Shown here: positions 40,039-48,445 of the stretch, piece after piece
Numbering within the stretch: the first letter of the stretch is position 1
Layout of the letters: every line of letters starts with the position of its first letter
Origin: an uncultured Clostridia bacterium
GTDB lineage: Bacteria > Bacillota > Clostridia > Christensenellales > CAG-917
Direction: 5' to 3'
Length of the DNA stretch: 64,000 nucleotides
Assembly: GCA_944358385.1 (NCBI GenBank)
Contig: CALVQW010000011.1
Span: 237-64,236, forward strand
The notes under the pieces: generated by a model
The model's database searches: none
Seen by the model: the letters and a program-made list of their open reading frames with translations, nothing else
What the model was told of the DNA's origin: nothing
Made by a program: the position numbers and the translations under genes

Positions 40039-41562
40039 TTAAAACTTGGGCTGTTTCAGGCTCATGCTGCGCCAATTGCGCGCGGAGGACGGATCGCACC
40101 CCCTCTGCATCTTCAGCCCGAATGCCGCAGTCTGCAACGCGCTCTTGATCTTGCCGGGGTTGCACTCCGCGACGGGGATGTACGGCACGTCTCTGCGGTC
40201 GAGGAGGAAAAGGACTCCCTTCAACCTCTCCTCGAAGTCGGCGTAATCCTTCCCGGGCGCGCTCCAGCCTGCTTCCGCGACGGCGAGCGCACGGGGGTAA
40301 AAGTGGCGGAAAAGCTCCTCTGTCTCGGAGATGTGTTCCGTCCAAAGCGGACACTCCACACCCAAGATCCCCGCTTCCGCACTCTTGCCGAGTTCCTCGG
40401 CGGGTTCCAGCATATACATGGCTTTGAGGGAGTGGGTGCCGCAGGGATAGTCGAGATAATAGGGGTTGCAACGGCTCATCACCACCCTGCGCCCCTCCTC
40501 GCACACCGCCTTTGCGACGCGCTCCGCGGACGCGCGGTCCGTCGTCCAATACTGCACCACCGCGCTCTCGTCCAACACATCCGACTTCAAAGCCTCATTC
40601 CACAAAACAGGGGTTTTACCGTACTTTTTGAGGATGTTTATCGCCTTGTTTGTGAAATATCCCTGCAATTCCTCCAAGTTCTTCAACCCTTCGCGTTTGT
40701 AGACGGCGGCACAATCCGGACACTTCGCCCACTCCAGCTTCGCCACCTCGTCGCCGCCCAGATGGAAGAGCTTGCAGGGGAACATCTCCGACATCTCGCG
40801 GAAGATGACGTCGAGTGCCTCGTACACCTTTTCCTTGCCCGTGCAGAGGATCTTGGAGTGGATGCCGAACCAGCTCGCCACCTCGGTGGGTTTGCCGGAA
40901 CAGGACAGCTCCGGATAAGCCGCGACTATGGCGCGGGTGTGACCGGGAAGGTCGATCTCAGGCACTATCTCGATATACCTCTCGGCGGCGTAGTCGACGA
41001 TCTCTTTGATCTGCGCTTTGGTATAATAGCCGCCGGTGGGTTTGCCGTCCCCGCAAGTCCCCTTGCGCTCACTGCCTACCTGATGCAGCTTGGGAAGGGC
41101 GTCTATGCGCAGACGGAAGCCTTGGTCGTCGCTGAGATGAAAATGCAGGTGGTTGAACTTGAAAAGAGCCATGGAATCTATGAGCTTTTTCACGGTGTCC
41201 ACGTCAAAGAAGTGGCGGCACACGTCGATCATCCCCGCACGGTAGGCGTAACGCGGCTTGTCATAGACTGTGCAGGCGGGAAGGTCCGTCTCGCCCGCCT
41301 CGCCCGCGAGTTGCAGGAGAGTGACCGCGGCGTGGAAAAGCCCCTCATCCGTCGCGGCGAGCGCGGTGACTCCCTTGGGAGTGATGCGCAGCACATAGTC
41401 CCACTCCGTGTCCCCCTTGACGAATCTGACGGGGCTTGCGGCGTCCGCGCCGCCGAAGAGAGAGGCGATGACGGGGATGTCCGTCGCCACTTTTGCGTCG
41501 GAACGGAAGGCGAAACTGCCCTCCGCGACGTCTATTCTGAAAGGTTTCGGCAAAATGTTCAT
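40039..41562 (-). CDS. GH20 beta-N-acetylhexosaminidase
   Basis: Start trimmed to MNILPKPF (ATG 41560-41562), with GGAGGG SD. HLHFHLSDDQGFRLRI and the catalytic-region HLGGDEV motif are GH20 hallmarks. Confidence 0.85.
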   Translation of the reverse strand: MNILPKPFRIDVAEGSFAFRSDAKVATDIPVIASLFGGADAASPVRFVKGDTEWDYVLRITPKGVTALAATDEGLFHAAVTLLQLAGEAGETDLPACTVYDKPRYAYRAGMIDVCRHFFDVDTVKKLIDSMALFKFNHLHFHLSDDQGFRLRIDALPKLHQVGSERKGTCGDGKPTGGYYTKAQIKEIVDYAAERYIEIVPEIDLPGHTRAIVAAYPELSCSGKPTEVASWFGIHSKILCTGKEKVYEALDVIFREMSEMFPCKLFHLGGDEVAKLEWAKCPDCAAVYKREGLKNLEELQGYFTNKAINILKKYGKTPVLWNEALKSDVLDESAVVQYWTTDRASAERVAKAVCEEGRRVVMSRCNPYYLDYPCGTHSLKAMYMLEPAEELGKSAEAGILGVECPLWTEHISETEELFRHFYPRALAVAEAGWSAPGKDYADFEERLKGVLFLLDRRDVPYIPVAECNPGKIKSALQTAAFGLKMQRGCDPSSARNWRSMSLKQPKF

Positions 41563-41606
41563 AATCCCTCCGCCGCACGCGCATACGGGCGCGCGGTAAC
41601 AAATAT

Positions 41607-41635
41607 ATAATAGCATCCCCGTCCCTCTCCGTCAA
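41607..41635 (-). promoter_or_regulatory. Sigma-A-type promoter for the GH20-DUF4380-PIG-L operon
   Basis: The minus strand reads TTGACG (41630-41635), a 17-nt spacer, then TATTAT (41607-41612). Confidence 0.6.
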
Positions 41636-41692
41636 GGGCGGGAGGAGCGCGTCCCTTTCCCCTTTTTCTCCCAAAAGCCGCTCTTTTCGGCT

Positions 41693-41721
41693 TTGACAGC
41701 GTGGGCGGGGTGTGCTATGCT
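41693..41721 (+). promoter_or_regulatory. Sigma-A-type promoter for the divergent membrane-protein/DUF1624 pair
   Basis: TTGACA (41693-41698), a 17-nt spacer, then TATGCT (41716-41721). The -10 ends 6 nt before the GTG at 41728. Confidence 0.55.
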
Positions 41722-41727
41722 CAATGA

Positions 41728-42210
41728 GTGAAACTGACGGGCTGTCTGTTCGGCGGCGCGCTCTCGACACTGCTCGGCATAGTCGCAAGAGTGCTGTGGC
41801 GGGTGCTGAAACTCGCCGCGAAAGCGATGCTCACTTTCGGGCTGTACATACCCGCGGCGTATCTCGTCTACGGTGCGGTGCTGTACTTTGCATTCGGGTT
41901 TCCCCTGTTCGAGGCGAGCGTGAACGGCAGACTGTACGCCTTCGGGTTCGCGCTGTCGCTGGGCTGCGCCGTGGCGGTGACTGTGCGCAAACTCATCGTC
42001 AAGCCCCTCCGGGACTACTTCCGCGGCGGGGTGATAGAGTATGAAGGAGGCAGCGGCAGCCCCCGCACCCCCGAAGCACCTAAGATCTACCGCAGCCGCG
42101 TGGAACGCGGGATCATTGTGTACGAATACTCGGACAGATATGACCTCTACGAGGAACGGGCGGACGGCCTCGCCCTCGTGGGAAGGGAACGCAAAAAGGA
42201 CAAAAGATGA
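41728..42210 (+). CDS. Hypothetical small membrane protein
   Basis: 160 aa with three hydrophobic segments and a charged C-terminal tail. Its stop overlaps the ATG of the next gene as ATGA (42207-42210), which suggests translational coupling. The start is a GTG with no SD (possibly leaderless), so the start is uncertain. Confidence 0.4.
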   Translation: MKLTGCLFGGALSTLLGIVARVLWRVLKLAAKAMLTFGLYIPAAYLVYGAVLYFAFGFPLFEASVNGRLYAFGFALSLGCAVAVTVRKLIVKPLRDYFRGGVIEYEGGSGSPRTPEAPKIYRSRVERGIIVYEYSDRYDLYEERADGLALVGRERKKDKR

Positions 42211-43103
42211 CGGGTTCTTCCTCACTTATCTCAAAAGACGTGCGCGTCACTCTCGCGCCATCCCGCCCGCGCAACCGCATCTGGGAGATAGATTTCCTGC
42301 GCGGCGCGTGCATCATACTCATGGTGCTGGACCACCTCACCATGTTTCTGGGGATGTATTTCGGTCCCGCATGGTTCGGAGCGGATATGGCGGGGGACGG
42401 CGGCGCGGCGTTCTGCCGCTGGTGCGAAGCCTTCCACACCAGCCCGGAACGCGCGGTGGCACACGCCGTGGTCATATTCATCTTCTTCTCCATTTCGGGC
42501 ATATCCTGCACCTTCTCCCGCTCCAACGTACGCCGCGGCATAGTGCTTGCCGTCATCGCCATACTGTATACGGGCGTGACCTACGCCGTAGAGAGCCTCT
42601 TTGACGTGGGCGGCATAAGAGTGACTTTCGGCGTGCTGCACTTCTATGCGGCGTGCATACTCATCTGGGCGGTGATAGACCTCCTGAGCCGGGATAACAC
42701 CGTGGTCAAAGTGGCGGTGAGCGCGGCGATCATCGTGGTCACCCTCTGCCTTTACTACCTCTACACCCCGCCAGCGGACACCCCCGTGTTCTTCGCCCCC
42801 CTCTTCGGCAACGGACCTAGCGGCGAAGCCCTCTTTTTCAGGCAGGAGAGCTTCTCCCCCGGCGACTTCTTCCCCCTCATCCCCTACGCCGCCTTCTTCT
42901 TCGCAGGCACCGCACTCGCCCCCTTCCTCTATCCGAGGCGTTACAGCCTGCTCCCCTTCCTGGAAGGCAAGTGGCACAAGCCCGTGAGCTTTGTGGGGAA
43001 ATACGCCATCTTCTTCTACCTGCTGCACATCGTGGTGCTGGCGGCGGTGCTGATGCTGGTGAACTACCTCTTCGTCTCCCCCGGCGATTGGGTGCTGATA
43101 TGA
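42207..43103 (+). CDS. DUF1624 / heparan-alpha-glucosaminide N-acetyltransferase-like membrane acyltransferase
   Basis: 298 aa, polytopic. RIWEIDFLRGACIILMVLDHL matches the R-x(3)-D-x(2)-RG-x(5)-M-x(2)-H signature of the DUF1624 family. Confidence 0.6.
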   Translation: MTGSSSLISKDVRVTLAPSRPRNRIWEIDFLRGACIILMVLDHLTMFLGMYFGPAWFGADMAGDGGAAFCRWCEAFHTSPERAVAHAVVIFIFFSISGISCTFSRSNVRRGIVLAVIAILYTGVTYAVESLFDVGGIRVTFGVLHFYAACILIWAVIDLLSRDNTVVKVAVSAAIIVVTLCLYYLYTPPADTPVFFAPLFGNGPSGEALFFRQESFSPGDFFPLIPYAAFFFAGTALAPFLYPRRYSLLPFLEGKWHKPVSFVGKYAIFFYLLHIVVLAAVLMLVNYLFVSPGDWVLI

Positions 43104-43238
43104 CAAAACCGACACTTTATCCGAGCATTTCGGCACGATAAACACACGGTAACGCACATATTCGCCCGCACTGCGGGGACGGGGCGACAAAGAAAAACGC
43201 CGCCCGCACAAGGGAAACGACACACCGAAACGCAAAAG

Positions 43239-43266
43239 GAAAAACGGCGGATTTCCGCCGTTTTTG
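43239..43266. terminator. Bidirectional rho-independent terminator between DUF1624 gene and apgM
   Basis: aaaaacggcgg-attt-ccgccgttttt: a GC stem flanked by an A-run and a T-run, lying between convergent genes. Confidence 0.7.
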
Positions 43267-43351
43267 TCTGCCGCCGTGTGTGCGGTCGGTCTGATTTACT
43301 TATGGTGCGTGCCGCGGACGCAACAGCGGCAGACGCCGCGTGTGCCGTCGG

Positions 43352-44566
43352 TCAACGTCCGAGGGAGAAGAACTCCCGCGCAAGCACGCTCGGATCGTCA
43401 TAATAGACGCCGCTCTCCGCCGCGGACTTCTCGTTGTAGGCGCGTCCGTCGCCCAGGGCGCGGAAGGAGGCGTACATCAGGAAGGGGACGGGTTCGCGGG
43501 AGTGCGTGAGCAGGGAGACGGGAGTGAAGTGGTCGGGCATGACCATCACGGCGAAATCCTCCCCGCTTGCGCGCAGGTGTTCAAGGACGGGCGCAAGGAT
43601 CTTGCCGTCCACGCACTCGATAGCTTTGATCTTGCCTTCGAGGTCGCCCTGATGCCCGCACTCGTCGGGGGCTTCGAGATGCACGAATACGAAGTCGCAC
43701 CCGCCGTCCAGCAGGTCGCACGCCGCCTTGGCTTTGCCCGCGAAGTTGGTGGAGAGAGTGCCTGTCGCGCCCTCCACGTCCACGCTTTTCATGCCCGCGC
43801 CTTTGGCTATGCCTTTGAGCAGATCCACCGCGCTCACCATGCCCCCTTTCAGCCCGTATCTTTGCTCGAAGTTTTCAAGGGCGGGACGGGTGCCTTGTCC
43901 CCAGAACCATATGCTGTTGGCGGGATTTTGACCGTTTAAAACCCGTTTTTTGTTGACAGGATGCTCCGAAAGCAGCGCGTTCGCGCGCTTGATGAGGTCG
44001 GTGAGTTCCGCAGCGAAGTCCCCCTTGGGGAGATGCTCCTCTATGCGTTTCCCGCTGATGTCGTGAGGGGGCGTGAGCTGCATATCCGTGCTGCCGTGCG
44101 CTATGATGAGGCAGTGACGGTAGCTGACACCGGGGTGGAAGGAGAACCTCTCATCCCCCAGCTTCTCCTGCAAAAACGCGACAAGCTCTCTTGCCTCCGC
44201 GGTGGTGATCTCGCCCGCGGAATAGTCCTTCATGGTCTTGTCCTCGAAGTTCTCCTCCTCCGAGAGGGTGACGAGGTTGGTCCTGAGGGCAACGTCGTCC
44301 TCCTTCATATCTATGCCCATGGAGAGGGCTTCCAGCGGGGAACGCCCTGTATAACATACTTTTGCGTCATAGCCGAGCGCGCCGAGATTGGCGACGTCGC
44401 TGCCGGGCTTGTAGCCGTCGGGGACGGTCTTGACCAGCCCCACCTTCCCCGTCTTTGCGAGAAGGTCCATAGCGGGGGTGTCGGCGACTTCGAGCGGAGT
44501 GCGTCCGCCGAGAGCGGGGACGGGATAATCCGCCATGCCGTCTCCGAGAATGAGTGCATATTTCAT
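43352..44566 (-). CDS. apgM: Cofactor-independent phosphoglycerate mutase, ApgM type (alkaline-phosphatase superfamily)
   Basis: 404 aa. MKYALILGDGMADYPV..LGGRTPLEVA.TP.MD.LA..G..GLVKTVP.G..PGSDVANL is the characteristic N-terminus of this family. Confidence 0.75.
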   Translation of the reverse strand: MKYALILGDGMADYPVPALGGRTPLEVADTPAMDLLAKTGKVGLVKTVPDGYKPGSDVANLGALGYDAKVCYTGRSPLEALSMGIDMKEDDVALRTNLVTLSEEENFEDKTMKDYSAGEITTAEARELVAFLQEKLGDERFSFHPGVSYRHCLIIAHGSTDMQLTPPHDISGKRIEEHLPKGDFAAELTDLIKRANALLSEHPVNKKRVLNGQNPANSIWFWGQGTRPALENFEQRYGLKGGMVSAVDLLKGIAKGAGMKSVDVEGATGTLSTNFAGKAKAACDLLDGGCDFVFVHLEAPDECGHQGDLEGKIKAIECVDGKILAPVLEHLRASGEDFAVMVMPDHFTPVSLLTHSREPVPFLMYASFRALGDGRAYNEKSAAESGVYYDDPSVLAREFFSLGR

Positions 44567-44744
44567 AACTTAGTCTTTCCTTTGCGGGCGGGGTGATCCC
44601 CTTGCCCGTCACCGCATATGTTAAGTCCTGAGCCGCCCTTTTGTCAAACCGTTGCGCCCGACAAACAGGGGGAAAGGCTTGCAAAATTACTTTTTTTAGT
44701 GTAAAACTATACTGTGATCGCGCTCACGCGCGTCGGAGCAAGGA

Positions 44745-46679
44745 ATGGACAGTATCCCCGAACGCATGAAAATACTCCCCCTCGGCAGCGTCTCCCCCGA
44801 AGGCTGGCTGAAAGATCAGATGTCTCTCGTCAACGATCTGCAAAAACGTCTGGGTGCGGACTCGACACTCACGGGCGGCGGAAAATGGACGGGCGGCGAA
44901 GCCTTCCCGCGCTATGTACGCGGGCTGTGTCTGCTGGCGGGCGCGCTCAGAGACGCCCAGCTCACCGAGAAGGCAAAGAGCTTCATGACGGCGATCTTCG
45001 ACAGCGCGGAGCCGGGCGGAGATTTCGGCGGACAGGGCTGCACCCTCCCCGCGAAGATAGAGGCGGTGAAAGCCGTCCTCACCTATCACGAGCTGACGGG
45101 GGACGAAAAGGCTCTCTCCTTCCTGCGCAAGTTTTTCAAAAACCAATTCAACACCCTTTCCGTCACACCGATGTTTTACGACGGCAGGGCGCGGCTTCCG
45201 GAGGAACTGCCCGCCATAGCCGCCGTCTGCGGAGACACTCTCTGGCTCAAGGAACTCGCCGTGAAACTCGCGGGACTCAGCTGCAATTGGCAGCGCATCG
45301 CGGACAGATTCCCCTACAAATATTCCTTCGGACGGACGATATCGGCGCGCGCGGCGAAACGCGTCGTCTCCTCGGTGAGGGAATTCGAGGAACTGAAAGG
45401 CAAAAAACGCGCCAAGCTCTTCACCGCCGCAAAGGCGGACGCGGAGTGGAAAAAGCCCTCCCACCGCGTGGTGGTGGAGGCGGACGGGGTGAACATCGCA
45501 AAGGCGGTGAAATACCCCTGCCTTTTCGACTCCTTCTTCGGCTATGCGGGGCGGGAAAACCTCTCCTTGCGGCTTGCCGGCGCGCTGGAACGCTATCACG
45601 GCAACGCCACGGGGATGTTCTCCTCCTCTCCCAAGCTCGGCGGACTGTCCCCCGTGAGCGGGATGGACGTGGAAGGTGCGGGAGAATTTGTCGAATCTCT
45701 CTCCGAAGTGCTTGCGGCGACGGGGGAATGTGCCTGCGCCGACATCATGGAGGAGATCGTCTACAACGTCATGGGCGGGGCGGCGACGGAGGACCTTGCG
45801 GCGGTGAGGGACGTCATCCCCGCCAACCGCGCGGACTCGGACGCATCCGAACCCTCCGCGAGATACCCCCACGGCGCAGCTTACGTCAAAGGGCTGCCCT
45901 CCCGCGGCGCGCTCGCGTTGCTTGCGGTCTACCCCGTATTCCTGCGCTCGGTGTGCCTCACCCGCGAGAACGAACTCAACTTCTTTTCCTACGCGCCCTG
46001 CACCGTGCGCACCACGGCGAACGGCGGGGAACTGCGCATAAAGCTGGACACGGGCTATCCCTTCCGCAACACGGTGGTGTTCCGCGTGGAAGCGGCGGAG
46101 GGAGACGTGTCCGTCGCCATCAATTTCAGAGTGCCGCACCGCACCACCATGCAGCTGGTGTCCGGAGGACAGGTGGTGGCGACGGGGGAACACAACATCT
46201 CCGTAAAATGCATCCTGCGCACGGGCAGCACCTTCATGCTGCGCATGAATATCCCCCTCACCCCCTCCGCCAACCGCGACGGGACGGTAAGCTTCTACAA
46301 AGGCAGTCTGCTCATGGCGTCCAAACCCGGCGAGGAGTACCGCACGGACGCCAAAGACGCGCACGCGGTAGCGGCGTACCCCACGGGGAGATGGGCTTTC
46401 GCGCCCGTCCTGACCAAGCGTATGCTGGGCGGCAAACTCTCCCTCCCCGACAACGAACGCACCGTGGTAGGTCAGTTCACGACGCACCCCTACTCCCACT
46501 CTTCGCCCCCCTTCGCGCTGAGGATAGTGTGCCGCAACGCGGTCAATTGGGAGTGCGACGAACACGGCCGTCCCGCCCTCCCCGCTCAGACGAAATTCGC
46601 CGAGGAAAGTTCGGAGCGCGTGTTCGTCCCCTACGGCTGCACCGCAACGGGCATGACGCACTTCCCCGTCTGCCATTGA
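44745..46679 (+). CDS. Putative six-hairpin glycosidase-like protein (DUF1680/GH127-like)
   Basis: 644 aa. It is the only one of three overlapping long ORFs with protein-like composition. GGAG SD 7 nt upstream. The segment ...ADIMEEIVYNVMGGA resembles the ...ADVLEKELFNG... region of GH127 enzymes as I recall it. The family call is tentative. Confidence 0.4.
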   Translation: MDSIPERMKILPLGSVSPEGWLKDQMSLVNDLQKRLGADSTLTGGGKWTGGEAFPRYVRGLCLLAGALRDAQLTEKAKSFMTAIFDSAEPGGDFGGQGCTLPAKIEAVKAVLTYHELTGDEKALSFLRKFFKNQFNTLSVTPMFYDGRARLPEELPAIAAVCGDTLWLKELAVKLAGLSCNWQRIADRFPYKYSFGRTISARAAKRVVSSVREFEELKGKKRAKLFTAAKADAEWKKPSHRVVVEADGVNIAKAVKYPCLFDSFFGYAGRENLSLRLAGALERYHGNATGMFSSSPKLGGLSPVSGMDVEGAGEFVESLSEVLAATGECACADIMEEIVYNVMGGAATEDLAAVRDVIPANRADSDASEPSARYPHGAAYVKGLPSRGALALLAVYPVFLRSVCLTRENELNFFSYAPCTVRTTANGGELRIKLDTGYPFRNTVVFRVEAAEGDVSVAINFRVPHRTTMQLVSGGQVVATGEHNISVKCILRTGSTFMLRMNIPLTPSANRDGTVSFYKGSLLMASKPGEEYRTDAKDAHAVAAYPTGRWAFAPVLTKRMLGGKLSLPDNERTVVGQFTTHPYSHSSPPFALRIVCRNAVNWECDEHGRPALPAQTKFAEESSERVFVPYGCTATGMTHFPVCH

Positions 46680-46743
46680 TCGGTGCTTGCGACCTTGACA
46701 CGGGCGACGAAAAGTATTACACTTGTGTTAAACAGGTAGAAAG

Positions 46744-47313
46744 ATGAGAAGGCTGGAACGCACTTATTCCGGAACGGAACGCATAGTGGCACGCGCACGC
46801 TTTTCGGCGTGGGCTTTTTTGCGGGAGTTTTTCATCGCCGCACTGCTCGGCGGCATCATCGCCGTGCTGTGGATCTTCGCTCCCGACATCGAGAGGTTGC
46901 TGGATCCCGGTTTCTCCGGGCAGCCCGCCTACCTCACCCCCGAAGTGCTGAAATGGGCGATGCTCGGTGCGGGATGCTTCGTCATCCTGCTCACCGTCCT
47001 GCACGCGCTGTCCATCTATATGCAGGAGATCATCATCACCGAGGACAAGTTCCTCTACCGTTCGGGCGTGGGCAGCTCGGTCAACGTCATGCTCCCGCTC
47101 AGCGAGATCAGATACATCGACGTCAGGCAGAACCTGCTCCAGCTCCTGCTCGGCTACGGACAGATCAAGGTCATCACGGACGGCGAGGAACCCTTCGTCA
47201 TCAAGAACCTCGTCCGCCCCGAAAAATTTGCGCGCAGGATCATGCGCCAATGCAGCGACGTGCGCGAAAACATCCGCCCGCGCCTGCAACTCTCCCCCGC
47301 CAAAAAGCACTGA
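46744..47313 (+). CDS. Membrane protein with bacterial PH (bPH_2/DUF304, YdbS/YdbT-like) domain
   Basis: 189 aa. Two TM helices, then EIIITEDKFLYRSG....MLPLSEIRYIDVRQNLLQLLLGYGQIKVIT, typical of bPH_2. Confidence 0.6.
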   Translation: MRRLERTYSGTERIVARARFSAWAFLREFFIAALLGGIIAVLWIFAPDIERLLDPGFSGQPAYLTPEVLKWAMLGAGCFVILLTVLHALSIYMQEIIITEDKFLYRSGVGSSVNVMLPLSEIRYIDVRQNLLQLLLGYGQIKVITDGEEPFVIKNLVRPEKFARRIMRQCSDVRENIRPRLQLSPAKKH

Positions 47314-47431
47314 ACGCACCCTGCGGGACTCCGCCGCATACGAACGGAGGCACACAAGGCGGCATTCCTCAACGACACACAAGGCGGCACGGCAGAATAC
47401 GACACGACTGGACAACATAACAAAAAACCGC

Positions 47432-47462
47432 AAAAAGAAAGACACCGTAAGGTGTCTTTTGA
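47432..47462. terminator. Bidirectional rho-independent terminator
   Basis: aaaaagaa-agacacc-gtaa-ggtgtct-tttt, lying between convergent genes 46744..47313 (+) and 47570..48403 (-). Confidence 0.7.
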
Positions 47463-47569
47463 TCTGCTCGACGCTCTTCGGACGTCCCGCCGCCACAGCA
47501 TGCTCTTCTGCTCCGCTTGGCGTGAGTGTTGCTCAATGCGTTCTCTAAGGACGCGCCGAGGATGCGGGT

Positions 47570-48403
47570 TCAGTCCTTGTCCGGGGCTTCCTCCTCTCCC
47601 TCTCTGCGCAGTTTCTCGGCCGCGGCGTTTGCACGCTCGGAGATCTTCTCCGCCGTCCTTGCCGCGATCTCGCGCATCTTCTCCTTTTCCAGCCTGAACT
47701 TGGCGGGTTTGCCGCCCTCGGGAGCTTTGTCCGCCCTTTCCGCCGCGGGGCGGCTTGCGGACGCGTCCTTGGTGACTTCCGTCCCGTAGAGCTTGCTCAG
47801 GACCGCGCTTTTCGCCTTGTTGTCCTTCACCACTCCGTTGACGTAGGTCTGCACCTTTACGGTGTATTTCTTCCCCACCTGTCTAGCCACTATGCCGAGG
47901 ATGAAAAGGGAGATCTTCAAAGAGAGCTGTATCGCCGCGACGAGCATATTCGCGCCCAGCACGATCCATTCCAGCAAGCCCGTACCTCTCCCTTCCACGA
48001 CGCCGACCATGGACACCGCGGTGGCGATGAGAAAGACTATGGTGGTGAACACGCGGAACATCCCGAAGAGCTTTTTAAAGACCTTGATCTTCTTCTTGCC
48101 CCCCTTGGCGTCCCCCGCGAAACTCACCACCAGCACGACGAAGATGATGACGTAGACGCCGAGCAGCCCCGCCATGATGTAGGAGTAGGGCGCGAGTATC
48201 CACTTGCCCGCGATGAGCACCGCGCCCGAGACGATGGCATAGAGCATACTGATGATGGTCCATGCAAAACTCGCCTTTGCAAGACGGGACTGTTTGCGCT
48301 CCTCTTTCACCGCCACCTTTTCGGCAGCCAGCTCCTCCGCGCTTGCAGCGGGTGCGGGAGCAGCCGCGAACGACGGATCGATGTCATAGCTCTTTTTCTT
48401 CAT
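47570..48403 (-). CDS. Hypothetical polytopic membrane protein with charged C-terminal tail
   Basis: 277 aa. About 4 TM segments after an Ala/Pro-rich N-terminus, then a K/E/A-rich C-terminal tail. It sits 42 nt downstream of the acyltransferase paralogue and is likely co-transcribed. Confidence 0.5.
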   Translation of the reverse strand: MKKKSYDIDPSFAAAPAPAASAEELAAEKVAVKEERKQSRLAKASFAWTIISMLYAIVSGAVLIAGKWILAPYSYIMAGLLGVYVIIFVVLVVSFAGDAKGGKKKIKVFKKLFGMFRVFTTIVFLIATAVSMVGVVEGRGTGLLEWIVLGANMLVAAIQLSLKISLFILGIVARQVGKKYTVKVQTYVNGVVKDNKAKSAVLSKLYGTEVTKDASASRPAAERADKAPEGGKPAKFRLEKEKMREIAARTAEKISERANAAAEKLRREGEEEAPDKD

Positions 48404-48445
48404 AACTTCCCCTTTATCTTGTCGTTTTGAAACGATAAACCGCCG

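Noticed and set aside
44714-46747. Alternative long ORFs 44714..46747 (+, 677 aa) and 44724..46676 (-, 650 aa) overlapping 44745..46679
   Set aside because: Both translate to R/G/P/H-rich sequence typical of off-frame reading of GC-rich DNA. Only the 44745 frame has balanced composition, a GGAG SD and a family-like motif.
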